Source: Ministeria vibrans ATCC 50519
Lineage: Eukaryota; Protista; Filasterea
DNA: 64,000 bases
Direction of reading: 5' to 3'
Assembly: GCA_943704425.1 (NCBI GenBank)
Contig: CALSCP010000904.1
Span: 106,897 to 170,896 of the forward strand
The notes beneath the pieces are model-generated. The model saw only the letters and a program-made list of their open reading frames with translations, was not told the DNA's origin and ran no database searches. Below, in pieces: positions 57,953-64,000 of this stretch. Positions within the stretch are counted from its first letter, which is position 1. Each line of letters starts with the position of its first letter. The position numbers and the translations under genes were made by a program.

Positions 57953-60131
57953 TCTCGCTTCTTCTCTATCCTGTTCCTCTATGCCCACGCCCTATTCCGC
58001 CTTGTTTCCCCTCCTCATCGTCTTTCTGAATGTGCAGCGTTCCTCATCGACAACGCGAGAAGTAGAAAAATAACAATAGTGATACTTTTTTTTGTGTTTC
58101 CCCTTTTTAGATCACTTGTGACAATAACATCGATGGCGGCGAGCCTTGTGATCTGTATGTCCGCGAGACGACACCCCAGCCTCCTCCGCCGCCGAAGAAT
58201 TGGCCGCCGATCTGGCCGCATCCCGTGAGCTTCTCGAATGGAACGCATAAGATTGCAGTGGACGCAGCCAACTTCAAGTTTGTCGCCACCAAGCCAAGCG
58301 CCGACCTCACGGCGGCTGCCGCCCGCTACATGGACCTGACGTTCCCGCACAAGTCGGGTCCCAACACGGGTCTCCACACCCTCACGATTGACGTGGACGA
58401 CCTGACGGCGCCTTTGCAGCTCGAAGTGGATGAGTCCTACACTCTCACCGTTGACACTGATGGTACTGCGCGAGTCACCGCCAAGACCGTCTATGGTGCG
58501 TATCACGGCCTGGAGACCTTCTCGCAGCTGGTGCGCTTTGACTTTGACACGGAAACGTACTCGGTTGGGTCGGGTCCGTGGAAGGTGACAGACTCGCCAC
58601 GTTTCCCTCATCGCGGTCTTCTTATCGACTCGTCGCGTCACTTTGAGTCTGTGACTACCATCAAGAGTGTCATTGATTCGCTGACATACGCCAAGATGAA
58701 CACGCTGCACTGGCACATTGTTGATATGCAGTCGTTCCCGTTTGACAGTCCCTCGTATCCGCGCCTTGCAAAGTACGGAGCGTACTCGTCGCAAGAGCGA
58801 TTCACCACGGACGATGTTGCAGAGGTGGTCGAGCACGCACGTGCTCGCGGTATCCGTGTCATGGTTGAGATCGACACACCGGGACAGTAAGAATCAGGGA
58901 TAGAGAGAGACAGACAGACAGACAGAGAAAAACAAGCGAGCAATAGCTCACACATTGTGTCTTTTTGTAGTGCAAGTGCAATGTGCTATGGTTATCCCGA
59001 AATCTGTCCTTCCAAAACGTGCCTGACTCCTCTTAATCCGGCGACTAATGCCACGTTTGATTTGCTCGCGGGATTGTTCAAGGATCTTACAGGCGGTAAG
59101 GCCCGGTCGGGTCTGTTTCCTGATGATTTCTTTCATCTGGGTGGAGATGAGGTACCGGACGAGAAGCACTCGTGCTGGCGAGAGAAAAAAAATGACTCAC
59201 TCACTTTGTGTGTGTCAGGTGAACACGGACTGCTGGTCGAAGACGCCAGAAGTGAAGCAGTGGATGGATAGCATGGGCTTTACAGCGGACCAGACGTACG
59301 AATACTTTGTCAAGCGCGTCTTCAACATTGCGCTTGACCAGGGTCGCCAGCCCGTTCAGTGGGAAGAGGTACTCGAAAGAGTCAGCCTTACCATATGTGC
59401 TCACAATGCACGCACTCCGTGTGTTTTTTTTTTTTCTTTTATGTTCTTTTTCTCTTTCATTCAGGTGTGGAACCATTTCCACACTGATCTTGATCCTAAG
59501 AGCATTGTGCACATTTGGCTTCCTGGCTCAACCACCCTTCCCAACGTGACTGCCAGTGGCTACCGGTAGGCTTTTCTTTTTTTTTTGCAATCAGTAATTA
59601 CCCCCCCCTCCCCTTTGTTCTCACCTCTTTTATTTGTACTCTTAGTGCGCTCTTCTCACCCGATGGTCTGTGGTACCTCGATGGACTCTCGGTGGACTGG
59701 GAGAAATTCTATACTGTCGAGCCGTGTGCTGGCATTCCCGCGTCGCAAGAGCATCTTGTTCTTGGCGGAGAGGTAGACACAATCACATTGTCGCGCCCGT
59801 TCTTCTTACACTCTCTTTCTCATTTATTTTTTTGTAGGTGTGCATGTGGGGTGAGACTGTCGATGGCAGTGACATCTTCAACACCATCTGGCCTCGTGCT
59901 GCGGCCGGTGCCGAGCGTCTTTGGAGTCCCCGTGACATCACTGACACAGACCTAGCGGTAAAACGTCTCAAACGTTTCTTTGCAAACCCCTGATCCTTTC
60001 TCCCTCTTTAGCATTCGCGTCTGCAGTCGTTCCGCTGTTTGCTCAACCGTCGTGGCATTGGTGCTGCGCCCGTTGACAACAAGACTGCGCGCCAGGGCCC
60101 TCCCGGCCCCGGTGGCTGTCTTACGCAGTAG
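57581..60131 (+). CDS. Beta-N-acetylhexosaminidase (GH20) with an extra N-terminal Cys module
   Basis: [58 protein letters not shown] and [14 protein letters not shown]. Confidence 0.95.
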
Positions 60132-60232
60132 TAAAAGACGACTCTTCTTTCTCAAATGCAAATGAATTATCAATCAATGTTCGTTGGGTGTGTGTAATCG
60201 AAAAGAGATACGAGGGTTTTGGTTTGATAGCC

Positions 60233-63200
60233 TCAAGCACTGTATGTGTTCAATAGCAGCGTATGGCAACCGTCGCAGACGCGCACCGGCTTGGCCGACG
60301 ACGGAAGGGACATTTTGTTGTCACTGCAGTCCTGACAAAATATATCGCCACAATTGCGACAGTGGTGCTACAGTGAGAAAGAAAAGAAAAGAGGAGAAAG
60401 AAACAAAGTGATAGAGTGAGAGGAAGAAAGAAACAAAGTAAGAAAAGAAAGAAAGAAAAGAGAAACAAGGGAGAGACGTGAGTGAGTAACAATTGGATGT
60501 GGGAGTACCTTTCGCCTGGTGAGTGAGAAAGCCTGGTGGCACCGTTTGCAGTCAAGCGCTGTCTTCTCGTCGACCCACTCCTGGTTGCGAATGTCCTTCT
60601 TCAGCTTGTTCAGATCCTCAATGCGCATTTGAGACCTAATTAATTTTCAAAATCATGTGATAGTAAGTACACTTGAAAAGAACGAACCACAACAGTCGTA
60701 CTGAGTGAGTTGCGATTCAAGATCGGCAATAGTCTCCTGCTGCTTCTGGATGGTCTCACGCAACTGATCCATCTCCTGTTGCTTCTCGTGCGCCGTTGCA
60801 ATTTCACCCTCTAAATCTCCAATGCGAAGCAGAAGCCCCTGCTTGTCCGCCTCCAGTCTACGGAGAAAGAGAGCAAAAGAGTACGTGAGTGACTGAAAAG
60901 AACGGCAGAGGACAACGACAGAGAAAACATGTACCTCGCAAGATCATTGGTCATGGTGCCACGCCACTCCTGGTGGATTAGCATGTCCGTGTGCATGTCA
61001 ACAAGCTAAAAAAAAAACACACACACACACACACACACCGCGTCAATCACTCGCACTCGCACACACAGTGTCTTTTTTGCTCTCTTGGCTCACCTCCTGT
61101 TCAGCTTCTTGCAAACGCTGCTGAAGCCCGTCACGCTCCGCCTCGGTCTGTGCGCGTGCCATGTCTGCGCGCGTTGTGTTGCCTTGGTTACTGTCCAGCA
61201 GGGATTGCAACAACTGATTCTTCAGCTTCAGTCGCTCGACTTCCTCTCGATCATCATCGACACGCGACTGTGTTTTCTGAGCGGCTGCTTGCGACGCCTA
61301 CAACAAACACAAAATTATTATAGGGGTAACCGTGTCGCACACGCACACACATGCACACACTCACCTGCAAGTCATTGGACAGCGTAATGTTGAGCTGCTT
61401 GACCGCGTCGAGTTGCTTGCGCAGGGCCTCCACGTGATCCTGACGATCCGTATCCTCCAGTCGCAACTGCTCCGTCTCCTCCTGTGCCTTATCCAATCGT
61501 TCCTGCAACGACACAATCTCCTTGTCGAGATCGCCTCTTCTTTTAATCTCACTACATGCACAGGTCAAAAAAAAAAAGTGTGAGCAATCATTTGACGCAT
61601 TCACACGCTCTCACCTGTCGAGCTGCTTCTTCAGCATCATATACATCAAATCAAGATCCTGACTCGTCTTCTTGTACGCATCCCGCTCGGCATTGAGATC
61701 CTGAGTCTGGCTCACGGCGCGCATGTTAAATCGCTCGGTGGCCTTGCGCAGTTCGTCCCGCGCTGCGTCTCGTTCCTGGCGCACCTGCTCCACCTGGGTG
61801 AGTGTCGCTTGTGCCCGCGACTCTTCCAGTGTCTTTTGGCGCGTGGCTGCCTCGACACGCTCATTTGCTTGAGCCAACTAAGAAAGAAGAGAGAGACACA
61901 AGATGAAAACAAAACAGAAAAGAATAGGTTCTAAATTCTTATAAATCTCTCTCTCTCTACCTGTCCCTGAAGATTCCGATTGAGTTCCTCCAAGTACGTC
62001 TTTTGGTCGAGTAACGACATGAGATGCGCCTGAGAGGCAACCGCAGCCGCAGCAGACGTCGCAGAGGCGGCAGCGGCGTCTGTTGCTGTGGTGGGATCGG
62101 ATGAGCCCTCGGCTGAGGATGCATTGGCAGTGCTGGACGCGTCCGGGCTCGTTGTCGTTGTTGCGGATGCTGCTGATAAAGATGAGGAGGATGTGGTGGT
62201 AGTTGTAAGAGACGAGGCGGAGAGAGTGATGCCGGAGTCGTGGTGTTCGCCTCGGGCGTGAACAAGGTGGTTGCCCTCGCGCAGGTACAGACTCATGTCG
62301 ACAACGTCCGACATGTTATCGAGGTTGTCGCCCTTGAGCACCAGGTTGAAGTCGATTGTGTTAAGGCCCATGAGCATGCCGGAAATCACGTGGCCGTCTT
62401 CGCTGCGCAACAGCGCCCATGGCTCGTACCAGTCGCGCACAATGCCCGTGGTCCCTAACGCACGCACAAACTCGGACAGTTGTTTGCCCATGAGCGCCAG
62501 ACGAATCCACGCACGACCGCGGCCCAGTGCCGTGCGTACTGTAGGAATCGCACGCACGTTTGCAGCGGTCGCCGCCGCCTCTGCCGAGTACTTCTCGAGC
62601 GCCTCAAGCGGCCCAAACAACTCCTTTTTCGGCTGCAACACAATTTTGCGTCCTTTGTTGCCGTGCTTCAGCACAAGCTCGAGCACCACAAAGAACTGAC
62701 TGACAAGCATGTTGCGATCGTCGACGGGCTGCCCTCGACCGGCAGTCGACTCAATGAGGCGTTTAATGGCCAGCTTGAACATCTGCATGAGATTGCGTCG
62801 CTCCGTCGCGTACTGCGCCACTTGACTGGCTGCTTCGCTGTCCGCCTTGGCCCGCAGCGAGGCAAACGAGTCGGTAAACAGCGAGCCAAACTCTCGAAAT
62901 GCCTGAGCGACGGCGACGTCGGGGCGGGGCGGCGTGGCGGACGCGGGAAGGGGAAGGGGAGACGACGTAGGGCCGACGGGCGGACCCTTTCGCTGAAGCG
63001 CTGCCGTCAGAGACGACTGGGCGGGCGTCGCCGGCGATTGCGCCTCGCTCGACAGTTCAAGTCGTCCAGCAACCTCATCGGGTGCAGAGGACGTCGATTC
63101 ATCAAGTATGGACGCGAGAGGATCTACAAAACAAAAATAAGTTTTGTATTATGATTTTTTTTTTTTTTTTTTCATAATACAACGCAGAACTGACCAATGC

Positions 63201-63395
63201 TATACCTGTGTCATCGTCAAGACCTGTGGGAGTCGTTGGAGCAGCGTCTTCTGCCGCGGGGGCCTCGGAGACGGCGAATGGCGGGGGTGCCAGATCAGAC
63301 TCGTCCGCCTCGTCGATCTCCTCGTCAAATGGGTTCACTTCCGCCACGCCCGACACCGATGCGACGCTTACCGAGCTTTGCGGTCGTTCGCTCAT
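60233..63395 (-). CDS. RUFY: RUN and FYVE domain-containing protein
   Basis: RUN domain (ERRNL...LKHG...[12 protein letters not shown]...WYEPWA), [11 protein letters not shown], coiled coil, and FYVE domain (WVDE..C..C..FSLTRRK|[11 protein letters not shown]...RVCDGC). Confidence 0.95.
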
Positions 63396-63569
63396 TTAAG
63401 AAAAAAATGACTAAGTGTCAAGTGAGTAATGAGTTAAAAACTTATAATTATTATGTTGATCAATCTATATTAATAATATGCAAAGTGAAAGCTGAGGTCT
63501 GAGCAAACTCACTTCACATAGCTGGAGATTGGTTGGGCAACACACGCCTCGAGTGGATCTCGCCCATGA

Positions 63570-63618
<49 letters not shown>

Positions 63619-63661
63619 AGCGCCAATGCATTGTACTATTATTAATAACAAGTATTATGGT

Positions 63662-63945
63662 TTATTGTTGTACACCTCTCGTGCCCTTGTCCTTTCTCTT
63701 CTTCTTGGGCGCCGGCATGGATGCCGCAATCACAATGGCCTCGGCCATGATGGGATGGGCAATCAGATCGGCCTGAGTCAGTGTGAAAAAGGAGTTGCAC
63801 CAGACTGCATAGAGCTGCTGAAGTGTCTGGCTGACCAAGGGGGAAGGTGGCAGGCCGTTTTCAATAAGTACCTGGCCCGACAGAGGAAACACAGCCACGG
63901 GCCACTCCTCCAGAGCGCACGCGTCGTCAAGTTGTCCGCGGTAGC
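63662..63945 (-). CDS. TRNT1: 3' end of a probable CCA-adding tRNA nucleotidyltransferase (continues beyond the window)
   Basis: EEWPVAVFPLSGQVLIENG...TLQQLYAVWCNSFFTLTQADLI resembles the TRNT1 C-terminal W..P.FPVSG.D...L..L...W..S motif. Confidence 0.6.
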
Positions 63946-63960
63946 TGCAATACACACACA

Positions 63961-63995
<35 letters not shown>

Positions 63996-64000
63996 AAAAA

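Overview
Gene-dense, intron-rich eukaryotic nuclear DNA with GT-AG introns full of (CT)n, (CA)n and (TTA)n microsatellites and four N-gaps. A flagellar Tctex light chain, a septin, BORCS8, RUFY, a cathepsin O-like protease and CCCTAA/TTAGGG repeats suggest a flagellated unicellular holozoan, possibly a choanoflagellate (inference). About 28 genes can be read, mostly housekeeping genes in alternating orientation: TCTEX1D2, CCR4/CNOT6, OSTC, CIAO1, a PSI membrane protein, BORCS8, V-ATPase e, GMPPB, a SAP membrane protein, KLHDC4, SUCLG2, PRKCSH, FNTA, UBE2D, eIF4B, PI4KB, SURF1, HisRS, OMA1, an ABHD17-like hydrolase, p24/TMED, septin, a C1A protease, GH20 hexosaminidase, RUFY and the TRNT1 3' end. 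Two accessory blocks sit between divergent gene pairs. The first (about 15.1-24.2 kb) holds a LINE zinc-knuckle remnant, an interstitial telomere-repeat array capping an RNase H retroelement fragment, and a large LRR-EGF/furin receptor kinase. The second (about 41.55-43.75 kb) holds a TSD-flanked retroposed 3' end and a frameshifted gene that appears to encode a Tse2-like ADP-ribosyltransferase toxin domain. Other highlights are a GTP cyclohydrolase II-RibD/Rib7 reductase fusion and a bacterial-type HisRS. All family calls come from motif recognition by eye; no database searches were run, and exon boundaries and some starts are approximate.
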